Shown here: one piece after another, positions 12,760-25,719 of the stretch
Layout: every line of letters begins with the position of its first letter
Position numbering within the stretch: position 1 is the stretch's first letter
Origin: Isurus oxyrinchus
Lineage: Eukaryota
Direction of reading: 5' to 3'
DNA: 64,000 nt
Assembly (NCBI GenBank): GCA_026770705.1
Contig: JANJGN010000071.1
Span: 124,001-188,000 of the forward strand
Translations under genes and position numbers: made by a program
Notes under the pieces: model-generated
What the model was told of the DNA's origin: nothing
The model's input: only the letters and a program-made list of their open reading frames with translations
Database searches by the model: none

Positions 12760-13550
12760 AGGAACATAAGAAATAGGAACAGGATCAGGCCATTCGGCCC
12801 CTCGAGCCTGCTCTCACTGATCTGGTTGTGGCCTTAACTCCATTTTCCTGCCTGTCCCCCAAATCCTTGACTCCCTTGTCGATCAAAAACCTGCCTCACT
12901 CAGCCTTGAGTCTATTCAATGGCCCAGCCTCCACTGCTCTCTGGGGAAGAGAATTCCACAGGCTAGCGCCACTCTGAGAGAGGAAATTCCTCCTCATCTC
13001 AGTCTTAAATGGGAGAGCACTCATTCCGAAACTGTGCTCCCTGGTTCTAGATTCCCCCACGAGGGGGAAACATCCTCCCAGCATTCACCCTGTCAAGCCC
13101 CCTCGGAATCGGATATGTTTCAATAAGGTCACCCCTCATTCTTCTAAACTCCAATGGATACAGGCCCAACCTGCTCAACATTTCCTCACAGGACAAACCC
13201 TTTAATCCCGGGAATCAGCCCAGTGAACCTCCTCTGAACTGCCTTCAATGCAAGTCTATCCCTCCCTAAGTAAGGAGACCAGAACTGTACACACTGCTCC
13301 TGATACAATCTCACCCTGTGCAGCTGTTGCAAGACTTCCCTCCTTTTATACTCCATCCCTTTGCAATAAAGGCCAACGTTCCACGTGCCTTCCTCATTCC
13401 GTGGTGTTCCTGAATGCTGACTTTCTGTGATTCATGTACCAGGACACCCAGATCCCTCTGTACTGCATTCTGCAGCCTGTCTCCATTTAAATAATATCCT
13501 GTTTTTCTATTCATCTTGCCAAAATAATTTGTTGCCATTCTCCTCAGTAT
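12760..13550 (-). mobile_element. CR1 LINE 3' fragment
   Basis: Minus-strand FPLVGESRTREH...FKTEMRRNFLSQ...WNSLPQRAVEA and QRDLGVLVHESQK. Confidence 0.88.
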
Positions 13551-13643
13551 TGACCATCCCCCCAATTCAGCCTCATCTGTAAATTTTAAGTCTATTGGAT
13601 CCACAAACCATTCAGAGTTAAATATTGATATTTCTCTCCCCAG

Positions 13644-14012
13644 CTGAACCCTCACAAGAGTGGAAAGGTGACACTCCACGAGAGGTGACAGCGCAGGAAG
13701 GTTCCTGTGTACAGATTCCATGTCATTACAGTTATCCATCGTGTCTGGAAAACCAACCGCGAGGTGGAGTCTGGTTTCATAATGAGAAACATATTCCCTG
13801 GGCTCCCATTGTCTTTCACTCCAAGGATCACAGTCACGAGTTACCACGGTTCCACCATCGGACCCGGCTGTCTGGAGACCTGAAAGATGGCGACTGTTCC
13901 CTGTTTATAAACAACATCAGACGGGAAGATGCAGGACCTTATTTTTTCAGAATAGAATTTGACAATGGTCCGAGCCATAACTATTACCCTGTAACCCAGC
14001 TTCACGTTTCTG
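13644..14012 (+). CDS. Siglec gene B V-set sialic-acid-binding domain exon
   Basis: Phase 1-1, 369 nt. Contains GSCVQIPC (two Cys), C-strand W, GDCSL (E-strand Cys) and EDAGPYFFRIE with the essential Arg (AGA 13949-13951), the Siglec V-set signature. Confidence 0.93.
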
Positions 14013-14824
14013 GTAAGTGCTGTGTTATAATTACTCAACAATTCACATCCAACACTCAATGGGAAATAACACAAACTGTGACATTTACATATTAACACAA
14101 ACACAGTTTATTATAACACACTGTCTGATTCTCAATAACCTGGTGATAGCTTCCAGTTCAGTCCTAAAACAACCTCTAATACTCACTTTAATATCAGTGA
14201 TTAAATGTATTGACTGTGTCCATCAATGTTATCACGTTATCCACTTACATCAATCTCCCTAATCCTGTTTAAAATTCTTACATATGAACAAAAGAAAGAT
14301 TTGTATTTCTATAGCGCCTTTCACCACCTCTGTACGTTGCACATGGATTCACAACCATTGAAATAATTCTTGAAATGTAACCCTTGTTGTAATATGGGAA
14401 ACACAGCAGCCAATTTGTTCACAGGAAGCTCCCACAAACAGCAATGTGATCAATAACCTGATCATCTGTTTTAGATGCCGGTTCAGTGATTGGTTCAAAT
14501 GGATTCTCTCCTGCTGGGAACAGGATAGAATTTAAATCTGGCAGATTTCGGAGAAAGTAACAAGCCAGTGTGTCAGGAACTGTGAGCTGCTCCCCCACCC
14601 TCACCTGGGATTGTCAATTCAATTGTCTCGAAGTGGAAGTGAATTCATCTGAGAGACAGAAACTCCACTAAGTCTGAAAATAGGAAAATCTCTCCTGATC
14701 GTTGTAATCTCTCTGATCTGATATCATCCTTGTAAAAGTGCTTTCTCTTGTGGGACTGTGCTTTCTATTTGAACTGATGCTTCATGTTATATTTCTCTAA
14801 AAGGATCCATTCTCTGTGTGTTAG

Positions 14825-15121
14825 ATTTCACAGATAAACCCATGATATTCCCTGCTGAAATTATTGCAGGAAAGCGTGTGGATGTAAGCTGCACCTTCAA
14901 CACAACGTGCAATGGAACAGCAGCACCTGTCTTTACCTGGGACACTCCCACTGACGTACCTGGATCAGTCTCAAACACTGTAACTCAGCATGGTGTCACT
15001 CTGACCTATACTTCTGTTCTGACCCTGATCCCATCACTCAAACACCACGGACACACTCTCAGCTGCAGAGTGAGATATCCATCTGTTTCATCGGAGTGGA
15101 CCCTTGTACTAACTGTACAAG
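14825..15121 (+). CDS. Siglec gene B C2-set domain 2 exon
   Basis: Phase 1-1, 297 nt. VSCTFNTTCNGT carries the extra Cys used for the Siglec D1-D2 disulfide; also FTW...TLSCRV. Donor G|GTAAGT. Confidence 0.92.
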
Positions 15122-15489
15122 GTAAGTACTGACACCCTTGATTCTATATTAGCTGTAATAGGATACAATGTGCAGAGCAAGATCCCACAAACATCACTGG
15201 GTTGAAGACAAAACAGGTCCTTTTTTATTAGCGATATTGACCAGGGAGAGCTCTTCCTGTATTGAGCCTTGGGATTGTTTATGCCTACCTGATAGGGCAG
15301 AGGGGGCCAAGGTTGAACTTAAAAGACAATATAGGATAATATAAATATTGTATTCATTGATGTCAAAGATTTTGGGGGAGATGTAGTATAAAAGTTTAAT
15401 ATTAGCAATGAAAATAGAAAGTATTTATCATCAGTTACTCAAGGTTACATGAGAATAGAACACGGAGAGAGATAGTTCTATAGATACCT

Positions 15490-17560
15490 AGGTACATAGA
15501 AACTAGGAGCAGGATTAGGACATTCAGCCCTTCAAGCCTTCTCCGCCATTCAATATGATCAAGGCTGACCCTCTATCTCAAAGCCTTATTCCCGCTTTCT
15601 CTCCGTACCCTTTGATGCCCCTAATATCAAAATATTTATCAGTTTCTTTCTTGAATACACTCAGTGACCCGGCCTCCACAGCCTCTGTGATGGAGAATTC
15701 CACAGATTGACCACCCTCTGAGTGAAGAAATGTTTCCCTATCTCAGTCCAAAATGGCCTGCCCTGTATCCTGAGATTGTCGCCCTTGGTTTTAGACTCCC
15801 CAACCAAGGGATGCATCCTCCCTCCATCCAGTCTGTCTATCTCTGTTAGAATTTCTTACGTTTATTCAGGTGTCCTCTCATTCTTCTAAACTCTAGTGAA
15901 TACAGACCCAGTCGTACCAATTCTCCTCATACGACAGTCCTGCCGCCCCTGGTATCAGCCTAGAGAACCTTCTCTGCACTCTCTCGACGGCAAGTCTATC
16001 CTTTTTTAGGGAGGGAGACCAAAACGGCACGTTTTACCCCATGCGCAGTCTCACCAAGACCTTGTATAACTGCAGTGAGACATCCCTACTCCTGAACACA
16101 AATCCTCTTGCAATGAAGGCCAACATACCATTTGCCTTCCGAATTACTTGCTGCACCTGCCTGTTTACTTTCATTGGCTAGTGCACAAGGACACCCAGAT
16201 CCCTTTGTACATCCACATTTCCCATTATATCACCATTTAAATAATACTCTGCCTTTCTGTATTTCACACCAAAGCCTACAATGTCACATTCATCCACATC
16301 ATCTGCCATGTGTTTGCCCACACACACAACATGTCTAAATCGCCTTGAAGCCTCTTTGCATCCTCCTCACAGCTCACACCCTTACCCAGCGTTGTGTCAT
16401 CAGAAAACCTGGAAATATTGCACTTGGCTCCCTCACCCAAGTCATTTAAATATATCGTGAATCATTAGGTCCCAAGCACGGATCCCTGTGGTACACCACT
16501 AGTCACCGCCTGCCACTCAGATAAAGACTAATTTATTCTGACCCTCTGTTTCCTGTCTGTCGACCAATTCTCAATCCATGCCAGTAAATTACCCCCAATC
16601 CCATGGGCTTTAATGTTGCCCACTAGCCTCTTATGTGGGACCTTATCAAAAGCCTTCTTGAAATCTAAAAACACCACATCCACTGGTTATCCCTTATCTA
16701 TTCCACAAGTTACATCCTCAAAATCTCCAGTAGATTAGTTAAGCATGATTTTCCTTTCATTAACCCATGCTGACTTTGTCTAATCCCATTAATGCTTTCC
16801 AAGCGTTCCGTTAGCACACCTTATATAATAGGCTCTAGCGTTTTCCCCATGTTAGACTAACTGATCTGTAATTCCCAGTTTTTTTCTCTCCCTTCTATTT
16901 TAAATAGTGGAGTTACAATTGCCACCCTCCAATCTATAGGAACTGCTCCAGAGCCTATAGAATTTTGGAGGATGACCACCAGTGCTTCCAATATTTCCAG
17001 GGTCACTTCCGTTAGTCTCTGGGATGTAGATTTTCAGGCCCTGGGGACTGTTCAACCTTTAACCCATTAATTTCTCCAGCTCCATTTTTTAAAACTAATC
17101 CTGATTATCTTCAATTCCTCCCTCTCACTAGACACTTGGTTCCCTAACATTCCTGGGAAATTATTTGTGTCCTCTTTTGTGAAGACAGAACCAAAATATA
17201 TGTTCAGTTCTTCTGCCATTTCTTTGTTTCTCATTAGAATTTCCCCCATTTCTGACTGCAAGGAACCTACATCGGTCACTGCTAATCTTTCTCTCTTCAC
17301 ATATTTATAGAAGCTTTTACAGTCGGTTTTTACGTTCCCTGCAAGTTTACTCCCATGTTCCATTTTCCCCTTCTTGATCAATCTTTTTGTCCACTTTTGC
17401 TGAATTCTAAACTGCTCCCAATCCTCAGCATTGCTGCTTCCCCTGGCAATTTTATGTCTCCTCTCTGGATCTAATACTATCCCTAATTTCTTTTGTAAGC
17501 CCTGGTTGAGCACCATTTCCTGACTTATTTTTACGCCAGACAGAAATGGATAATTGTTGT
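15490..17560 (-). mobile_element. CR1 LINE, long degenerate ORF2 fragment
   Basis: Minus ORF 17067-17516 (KLAGNVKTDCKSFYKYVK...MAEELNIYFGSVFTKED), followed by RT and 3'-end sequence. Confidence 0.9.
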
Positions 17561-17679
17561 AGCAAATGCTTCAGCCTTATCTTTTGCCCTGATGTGCTGG
17601 GCTCCCCCTTCATTGAGGATGGGGATATTTGTGGATTCCCCTCCTCCAGTGAGCTAATTGTCCGTTACCATTGGATACG

Positions 17680-18669
17680 AGCATTAGTGAACTGTGTATG
17701 AACATTATAGAAAATGAAAGCCGGACTCCAGTATGGCCTCACTATGATGGATATGACAAATCGATTTCCAGAGACCATCCCTTTAGGAACAATTACAGCT
17801 AAAGTAGTAATAGGGAAGTTAACCCAATTTTTTACCCATTATGGATTACTGCTGGAGATCCAGTCAGATCAAGGTTCCATCTATATGTCTTAAAATTTTC
17901 CGAACATAATGAGTAATTTGGGTATAAAACAGTTAAAGTCCACAGCATATCATCCATAGACACGGGGATCTTTAGAGAGGGACCAACAAACCCTCAAAAC
18001 AATGATTGAAGCTATTGTCATGAACTCCCCATGACTGGGACAAAGGACTGGATTTTCTTGTATTTCCCACACGAGATTCACCAACTGAATCGGCAGGTTT
18101 TAGTCTTTTTGGAATAACTTATGGACACGAGATAAGAGGCTGTCTGAAATACATCAAAGAAAGATATTCCGGACAGAGGGATGAATCCTCTATTTCAGAT
18201 GATGTGTCCATGTTTCAGGAATGGCTCATAGGAGCCTCCAAAGTGGCACAAGAACATCTTATAGTTTCTCAAACAGAAATGAAGGAATGGGGCAGACAGG
18301 CAAGCTGTGACCCGAACATCACAACCAGGGGGATGACGTGTTAGTATCATTGCCTTGGCAGGGGGAGCCTCTGAAAGCGCGGTTCAGTGGTCCCCACAAG
18401 GTAATTAGGAGGGTTGGTCAAGTAAATTATTTGATAGACACCCCAGATTGTAGAATAAAGAATCGGCTGTGACACATCAATATGTTAAAACGATACCATC
18501 GTAGGGAGGGAGGTAAAAAGGAGCAGGTATTTCATTTCCAACCAGATTCTGCATACATTACAGAAAGGTTAATGCAGCAATAAAACCAGATTCCTACCCA
18601 ATCCCCCGTTTAGAAGATGGTATTGACGGGGTTGGCAGTGCCATGTTCCTTACTGAGATAAATTTGTTG
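17680..18669 (+). mobile_element. Gypsy (Gmr1-like) retrotransposon fragment: integrase followed by start of RT
   Basis: Integrase-like RFPETIPLGTITAKVVIGKLTQFFTHYGLLLEIQSDQGS and HINMLKRY, followed downstream by RT-start-like DSYPIPRLEDGIDGVGSAMFLTEINL. Confidence 0.8.
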
Positions 18670-18705
18670 GCAGTGGGGGGTGTTCGTGACCATCAGTGTG
18701 GAAGG
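18670..18705 (+). pseudogene. 3' stub of a third copy of the duplicated C2 exon
   Basis: gcagtggggggtgttcgtgaccatcagtgtggaag resembles the exon end gcagtggaggggttcataaccatcactgtggaac. It is followed by a CA repeat and intron sequence (19254-19375) homologous to 20086-20210. Confidence 0.6.
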
Positions 18706-19663
18706 GTTAGGTTTACAGGTTACACAGACCACACACGCACCAACAGACACACACACACATGTAAGCACGCACNNNNNNNNNNNNNNNNNNNNNNNNNNNN
18801 NNNNNNNNNNNNNNNNNNNNNNNNNNNNNNNNNNNNNNNNNNNNNNNNNNNNNNNNNNNNNNNNNNNNNNNNNNNNNNNNNNNNNNNNNNNNNNNNNNNN
18901 NNNNNNNNNNNNNNNNNNNNNNNNNNNNNCACACGCACACGCGCACACAGACAACACACACGCACACACAACACACACACACCTGCACACACGCACATGC
19001 ACACACACGCACACACACACACACACACGCATACACACACACACGTAAGCACGCACATTCACATGCACANNNNNNNNNNNNNNNNNNNNNNNNNNNNNNN
19101 NNNNNNNNNNNNNNNNNNNNNNNNNNNNNNNNNNNNNNNNNNNNNNNNNNNNNNNNNNNNNNNNNNNNNNNNNNNNNNNNNNNNNNNNNNNNNNNNNNNN
19201 NNNNNNNNNNNNNNNNNNNNNNNNNNNNNNNNNNNNNNNNNNNNNNNNNNNNNTCAGTGCTGCACTGGAGTCTTGGTGTCAGCTCCGATTCTGTGCTGAA
19301 GGAAGGTAAACTCCAGATCAACAAGACCCTGAATTGGATGAGCAACCTCCTGAACAGAGAATTGTAGATTTACCCCTCAGTGCTCCATCGATCAAATACA
19401 ATCATTGCCTGTCAAGCCCTTGGGGACATTCTGAGGATGTGAAAGGGAGTTTCTTTAAATCTGGATGGGCAGGGTCTCTGGTGGGAGAATGCTCCTGCAG
19501 TGTGACAGTTTACATAGGCAGTGCCCATTGTAAATGTGACATAGGAAAATATCTTGAGGGAAGGTACCTGGAAATGCATACAGACATCAGATACAGAGAC
19601 ATGATGCATGGAGTCTTCCTGTGCACTATGTTTGCTCACGTTAAAATCTTTATATGTTTTTAG

Positions 19664-19945
19664 AAGCACCACGGAATCTCTCAATCAATTCTCTTGATAT
19701 GATTAACGCTTCATGGATCAATATAATTGAGGGGAATTCTGCAGTGATAATCTGCTCTGTCGAGAGCTTCCCAGCTTCTAACCTGACGTGGCAACATCTT
19801 AATGTCCCAATGAACAGAACAAGTTCCAACAATGAGCTGTGGCTGGTGATTCCTCACGTTACATCCAGGGACACTGGAGACTATCAGTGTGTGGCAGAGA
19901 ATGAACATGGAGCAGTGGAGGGGTTCATAACCATCACTGTGGAAC
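19664..19945 (+). CDS. Siglec gene B C2-set domain 3 exon (repeat copy 1)
   Basis: Phase 1-1, 282 nt. APRN...IICSVESFPASNLTW...DTGDYQCVAENEHG. Confidence 0.92.
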
Positions 19946-19971
19946 GTGAGTTACTGCAAACTTCAACATCA

Positions 19972-20037
<66 letters not shown>

Positions 20038-20863
20038 CACACACAAACACACATACACACACACGTGTCAGCTCCCTCTCCTCTCTCAGTGCTGCACTCG
20101 AGTCTCGGTAGCAGCTCTGATTCTGTGTTGAAGGAAGGTAAACTCCAGATCAAAAAGACACTGAATTGGATGGAGCAACCTCCTGAACAGAGAATTGTAG
20201 GTTTATCACCCAATACCCCATTATTCCAAAGCAATTCCTCCATGGTGAAATCTCCGTGAACATCCTGATCATGTGAAAGACATTTTCTTTTCTTCTAGCC
20301 CAAAAGTGTCTCCTCTGGTGGAAGGCTGTAATTACAGCGTGACAGTTTACATATCCACACGCAGCAAGAGCTGAGCAACACTCAGCTTGGGCTGAGAAAT
20401 GACAAGTAATGTTCACACCACACAAGCACCAGGCAGTGATCATCTCCAACAAGAGAGAATCTAACCATCTCCCCTTGATGTTCAGTGAGTTTACTATCAC
20501 TGAATCCCCCACGATCAACATCCTGGGGGATGTTAACCAAACACCGAACTGGACCGGCCACAACTACTGTGGCTACAGGAGCCGGTCAGAGGCTGGGAAT
20601 CCTCTGGAGGTGAAAAACTCACCACCACCTCCTCAAGGGCAATTAGGGATGGGTAATAAATGCTGGTCTAGATAGATACATCCACTTCCCATGAATATGC
20701 AAAAAGGAACACACTGGCAGTGTCTGTTACAAATGGTGACATAGAAAATCATAATGGGGAAAGAAGCCTTGAAATGCACATAGGCACCAGATGGAGAGAG
20801 ATGATACCTGGAGTCTTGCTGTGCACTGTGTTTGCTCACAATGAAACCTTTATTTGTATTTAG

Positions 20864-21145
20864 ATGCACCACGGAACCCATCAATTACTTCTCTTGATAT
20901 GATTAACGCTTCATCCATCAACATAATTGAGGGGAATTCTGCAGTGATAATCTGCTCTGTCGAGAGCTTCCCAGCTTCTAACCTGACGTGGCGACATCTT
21001 AATGTCCCAATGAACAGAACAAGTTCCAACAATGAGCTGTGGTTGGTGATTCCTCACGTTACATCCAGGGACACTGGAGACTATCAGTGTGTGGCAGAGA
21101 ATGAACATGGAGCAGTGGAGGGGTTCATAACCATCACTGTGGAAT
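20864..21145 (+). CDS. Siglec gene B C2-set domain 4 exon (repeat copy 2)
   Basis: Near-identical copy exactly 1200 bp downstream of copy 1, with intact AG/GT. Confidence 0.92.
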
Positions 21146-21464
21146 GTGAGTGTGGAGATACATTTGTTTGTTTGTTGTCTCCGTGGTCTCCATGGAGCCA
21201 TTGGGATCGTGTTGTTTTTAATCCAGTTTTCTTCAATCCTCGCTCAGTCCACGTTATCCACACATCCAATTTTTCCTCTCCCTTTCTGTTTTTGCTCTCA
21301 GTTTCTCCTTCATTGGTTGTCAGGACAAGGCTGTCAGGTCTTCGTTTCCAATCTCCGTACTTGATGACCTTTCTCTCTCTAACTGTCCTGAACAACCCTT
21401 TTAATTGCTGAACGTCTCCTCTTGATCTAAGTCACTCATTGGTCTTTCTGTCCATCCAGCTGAT

Positions 21465-22685
21465 TCTGAGCATCTGGCAGCATCTGTGGAGAGAAACACA
21501 GGGTTAGCGTTTGGAGTCCGTATGACTCCTCTTCAGAGCTAAAGGGAAGTAGACATGTGGTGAAATATATCCTGTCTAAGGGGGGGCGATGGGACAGGTG
21601 GAGCTGGATAGAAAACCAGCGATAGGTGGAGGCAATGGAGAGATTGTGGAAGATGTCATAAACAAAAGGTCAAAGGGTTGTTAACAGTGGTGGTATTGGA
21701 TAAAGGAGGTGCTAATGGTGACATTAAGCAGAGTGTGATAATGGGCGGACCAGGGTAAGCACTCTGGAAAGAGACAGATGGCCCTCGTGGGGGTGTGGAA
21801 GGGGAAGGGGACAGTGGAGGGAATAAAGATCGAAAATAGACTAAAATCTGTGGATAAAACAATCAATAAAAATGGAAATGAATTTCAAATAATAATAATA
21901 AAAATAAGTGGAAAAAAATTAACAAGTAAAACAATTAAAATGTATATATTAAAAAATCGGGTCAAAAAGCAGTGAAGATCGAGGAGAGAGTTCATGACCA
22001 GAAATTGTTGAACTCAATATTCAGTCGGGAAGGCTGTAAAGTGCCAGGTCGGAAGATGAGGTGTTGTTCCTCCAGTTTGTGTTGGGCTTCACTGGAACAA
22101 TGCAGCAGGCCAAGGACGGACATGTGGGCATGAGAGCAGGGTGGGGTGTTAAAATGGCAAGCGACAGGGAGGTCTGGGTCGTTCTTGCAGACAGACTGAA
22201 GGTATTCTGAAAAGTGGTCACCCAGTCTGTGTTTGGTGTCTCCAATGTAGAGGAAACCGCACTGGGAGCAGTGAATGCAGTAGATTATATTGAAGGAAGT
22301 CTGCATGAAGCGCTGCTTCACCTGGAAGGAGTGTTTGGGTCATTGGACAGTGAGGGGGGAGGAAGTAAAGGGGCAGGTGTTGCACCTTCTGCAAATACAT
22401 GGGAAGATGTCATCGGAGAGGGTTGAGGTGCTAGGGGTGATGGAGGAGTGGACCAGGGTGTCCTGGAGGGAATGATCCCTATGGAATGCCAACGTGGGGG
22501 GGGTGGGGGGGGGCGGATGTGGTGAAGGGAAGATGTGTTTGGTGGTGGCATCATGCTGGAGTTGGCGGAAATGGCGGAGAATGATCCTTTGAATGAGGAG
22601 GCTGGTGGGGTGAAAAGTGAAGACAGGAGGGACCCTTACATTGCTCTGGGAGGGAGAGGAATTTGCAAGGGGGGATGCGCGGGAG
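21465..22685 (-). mobile_element. Penelope-like element, GIY-YIG endonuclease region
   Basis: Minus ORF IIYCIHCSQCGFLYIGDTKHRLGDHF...PVACHFN. Confidence 0.88.
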
Positions 22686-23015
22686 ATACACAATCTCCAA
22701 CTCTTTCTCAACCATTAAGATGCTCCTTAAAACCATTAAGACACACCGTTAAAACCTCCTGCTTTCAGCGAGCTTTTGCTCACCTCTCCTAATATCTCCT
22801 AATGTGACTCGGGGTCAGATTTTGTCCGAAGGAGGTGAGAAATGATGGAGGGAATTCCAGAAGTTAGGGTCCAGGCAGCTTAAGGCACGGCCGCCAATAG
22901 TGGAGAGATGGGAATGGGAGAATGTGCAAGGGGTCGGAATTGGAGGAGCACAGAGATTTCGGAGAGCTGTGGGGTGTGGGGATTACCTGCTGATTGTTCT
23001 CTGTCTTTGTTCCAG

Positions 23016-23291
23016 ATCCCCCACAGGAGACGATGGTGTCCATCAGCAGATCCTCAGGTGGGATAAGAGAGGGAAGCAATATCACATTAACCTGCTCCAG
23101 TGAAAGTGTCCCACCGATATCTCATTACACCTGGTTCAGGATCGAGGGGAACACCAGCACCCAGTTAAATACAAGTAGCCGCACTCTCTCCTTCACTCCT
23201 GTAACACGGGAGAATGATGCAGGTTTCTACTGCACAGCGAGGAACCCAGTGGGTAACAGCACCTCCAACATCACCCACCTGAACGTACAAT
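23016..23291 (+). CDS. Siglec gene B C2-set domain 5 exon
   Basis: Phase 1-1, 276 nt. PPQET...ITLTCSSESVPPISHYTWF...DAGFYCTARNPVG. Confidence 0.92.
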
Positions 23292-23639
23292 GTAAGCATT
23301 TTACTCCCCTGTCTCTGCTTAAAACTCAAACACTTTCTGTCTGAGGGCAGCTTCCTTGCTGTGGTTTAGCATAACTAGCATCACCTCCCTGCTTTTTTCA
23401 CCCTGCGCCTCTCCGAGATACATAAGGCGATATCAGAACAGGGACTGAAAGCTCAGAGAAAGAGGCCAGATTTTAAGGAGTGTCTGAAATGAGGAGAGAG
23501 ATAGACATGGAGAGGTTTACGGTGGGAATTCTAGAGCTCGGGGCCCAGGCAGCTGAAGACACGGCCGCCAATGGTGGAGCGATAGGAATCGGGGGATGGT
23601 CAAGAGGCCGGAATTGGAGGAACGCAGAGACCTCGGAGG

Positions 23640-23972
23640 GATGTAGATGCTGGAGGAGGTTACAGAGATAGGGAGGGTTATAGGGGCTGGAGGAGGTTAC
23701 AGAGATAGGGAAGGGTGTAGGGACTGGAGGAGGTTACAGAGATAGGGAGGGTTGTGGGGTCTGGAGGAGGTTACAGAGATAGGGAGGGTTGTGATGGCTG
23801 GAGGAGGTAACAGAGATAGGGAGGGTTATAGGGGCTGGAGGAGGTAACAGAGATAGGGAGGGTTGCAGATGCTGGAGGAGGTAACAGAGATAGGGAGGGT
23901 TGTGGGGTCTGGAGGAGGTTACAGAGATAGGGAGGGTTGTAGATGCTGGAGGAGGTAACAGAGATAGGGAGG
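23640..23972. repeat. 36-bp minisatellite (reverse orientation)
   Basis: GGAGGAGGTTACAGAGATAGGGAGGGTTGTAGGGGCT units. Confidence 0.9.
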
Positions 23973-24283
23973 GAGTAAGGAGGAATTTGAAACGATATAA
24001 ATTTTAAAATTGTGGCATTGTCGGACCGGGAGCCAGTGTAGCTCAGTGACCAACAGGGAGTGATGTGTGAACGGGACTCGGTGTGAGTTAGGACATGGGG
24101 ACAGCAGAGTTTGGGATGAGCTGATGTTTCCGGAGAGTGGAAGATGGGAGGTCGGGCAGGAGAGTGTTGGGATAGTCGAGTGCGGAGGTAACAAAGGCAG
24201 GAATGAGTGTTTCAGTGTTAAGATTCTATCTTACGCTCTAACTTTGCTATGACGTTGTCTCATTGTTGTCCTTCCCTCCTCAG

Positions 24284-24577
24284 GTAAGCCGGAGATTTCC
24301 CAGCAGTCGGAGTGCACTCGGAGATCAGAGGGGGTCACCTGTGTCTGTGTGGCCAACTCCAACCCACCCGGAGACCTCACCTGGCACCTGCCCAGTGCCA
24401 ACATCAGTGGTAACCAAACACACGGAGGTTTTGTGTCGTGGCAGGTCAGAGATGGGCATCTGGTGACTGGTTCCCTCACCGTGATGAGACCCCAGGATGA
24501 GGGGGGAGTGATGGCATCCTGCTCGGTTCAAAACCCACACGGGGAAGCCATGTTCAAGATGTATCTGTGGGTCAAAG
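24284..24577 (+). CDS. Siglec gene B membrane-proximal Ig domain 6 exon (MAG D5/Siglec-10-like CxC domain)
   Basis: Phase 1-1, 294 nt. KPEISQQSECTRRSEGVTCVCVANSNPPGDLTW...ASCSVQNPHG. Confidence 0.88.
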
Positions 24578-24922
24578 GTGACAGACTCGCTCAGGATCGA
24601 TCTCCACTCAGCTGGATTGATCCCTAAACTCGAGAATTCCCTCCCTCAACCTCTCCACCTCTCTCTCTACCTCCTCTAAGATGCTCTTTACAACTGACCC
24701 CTTTGACCAAGCTTTGAATCGCCTGACCTCATGTGACAATGGCAACACTTGGTCAAATTGGAGCCAGGCCGTTCAGGGGGTGATGTCAGGAAGCACTTCT
24801 TCACACAAAGGGGAGTGGAAATCTGGAACCCTCTCCCCCAGATAAGCTGCTTCATTGGGTGCAAGACAGAAAGCTTTGACAAAATGTCCTTTCTCAGCAA
24901 TACTCAGGTTCTCCTCCCAAAC

Positions 24923-25072
24923 GATAAAATATTATATATAAACATTTCATAGATTACATTGATAAATATTATATATAAATGTTACATAGATTACATTGAT
25001 AAATATTATATATAAATGTTACATAGATTACATTGATAAATATTATATATAAATGTTACATAGATTACGTTG
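24923..25072. repeat. AT-rich 37-bp tandem repeat, about 4 copies
   Basis: GATAAATATTATATATAAATGTTACATAGATTACATT repeated. Confidence 0.9.
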
Positions 25073-25497
25073 AGAAACGCAACAGCTGATTTGTGCAGAG
25101 CAAGATCCCACAAACAACAGTGTGAGGATGAGGTGATAAATGATTATTTTAGTGATGTTAGTTGATACATATATATAGAAATTAAAGATATAATTACACA
25201 TTTAGTGAGGGAAACCTGTCCATTTTAACAGGTCTGGGTGTATATGTGACTCCAGTCTCAGACACCAACATGGTTAACTCACACCTGCCCTCTGAACTGG
25301 TCTCCCAGTTTGGGACAAACCAGTGGTTCAGGAGGAAGACCCCCCACCACCTTCTCAAGGGGAAACTAGGGATGGACAATAAATGTCAGCATTGCCCGAG
25401 AATGAGTATTTAAACACTGAGTGAGTGTATCGCTTCTCGAGATACATCGGAGCATCATTGTAAACTGTAGTGCAGTAATTAATGGCTGTTTTTACAG

Positions 25498-25594
25498 GTA
25501 GAGACTCCAGTAAATGGACAGTAGGATTGTTCACGACTGGGATCATGTTGAGTGTTTTCCTGGCTGGAATCTTCATCTTCATCTGTGTGAGAAA
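25498..25594 (+). CDS. Siglec gene B transmembrane exon (uncharged TM)
   Basis: Acceptor tttttacag; GRDSSKWTVGLFTTGIMLSVFLAGIFIFICVRK; phase-2 donor AA|GTAAGT. Confidence 0.9.
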
Positions 25595-25719
25595 GTAAGT
25601 CTGAAGATTTAACTTGATTTTAATATAAACATTTGTTTAGGATTAATTGGACAGTTTTTACAAAGGGCCAGCACAGGCACGATGGGCTGAGTGGCTTCCT
25701 CCTGAGCTGTGAGATTTTA

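Noticed and set aside
13644-14012. Immunoglobulin/TCR/IgNAR V gene segments
   Set aside because: No recombination signal sequences; the exons end in splice donors, and the Cys pattern is Siglec-type rather than the canonical B-F YYC.
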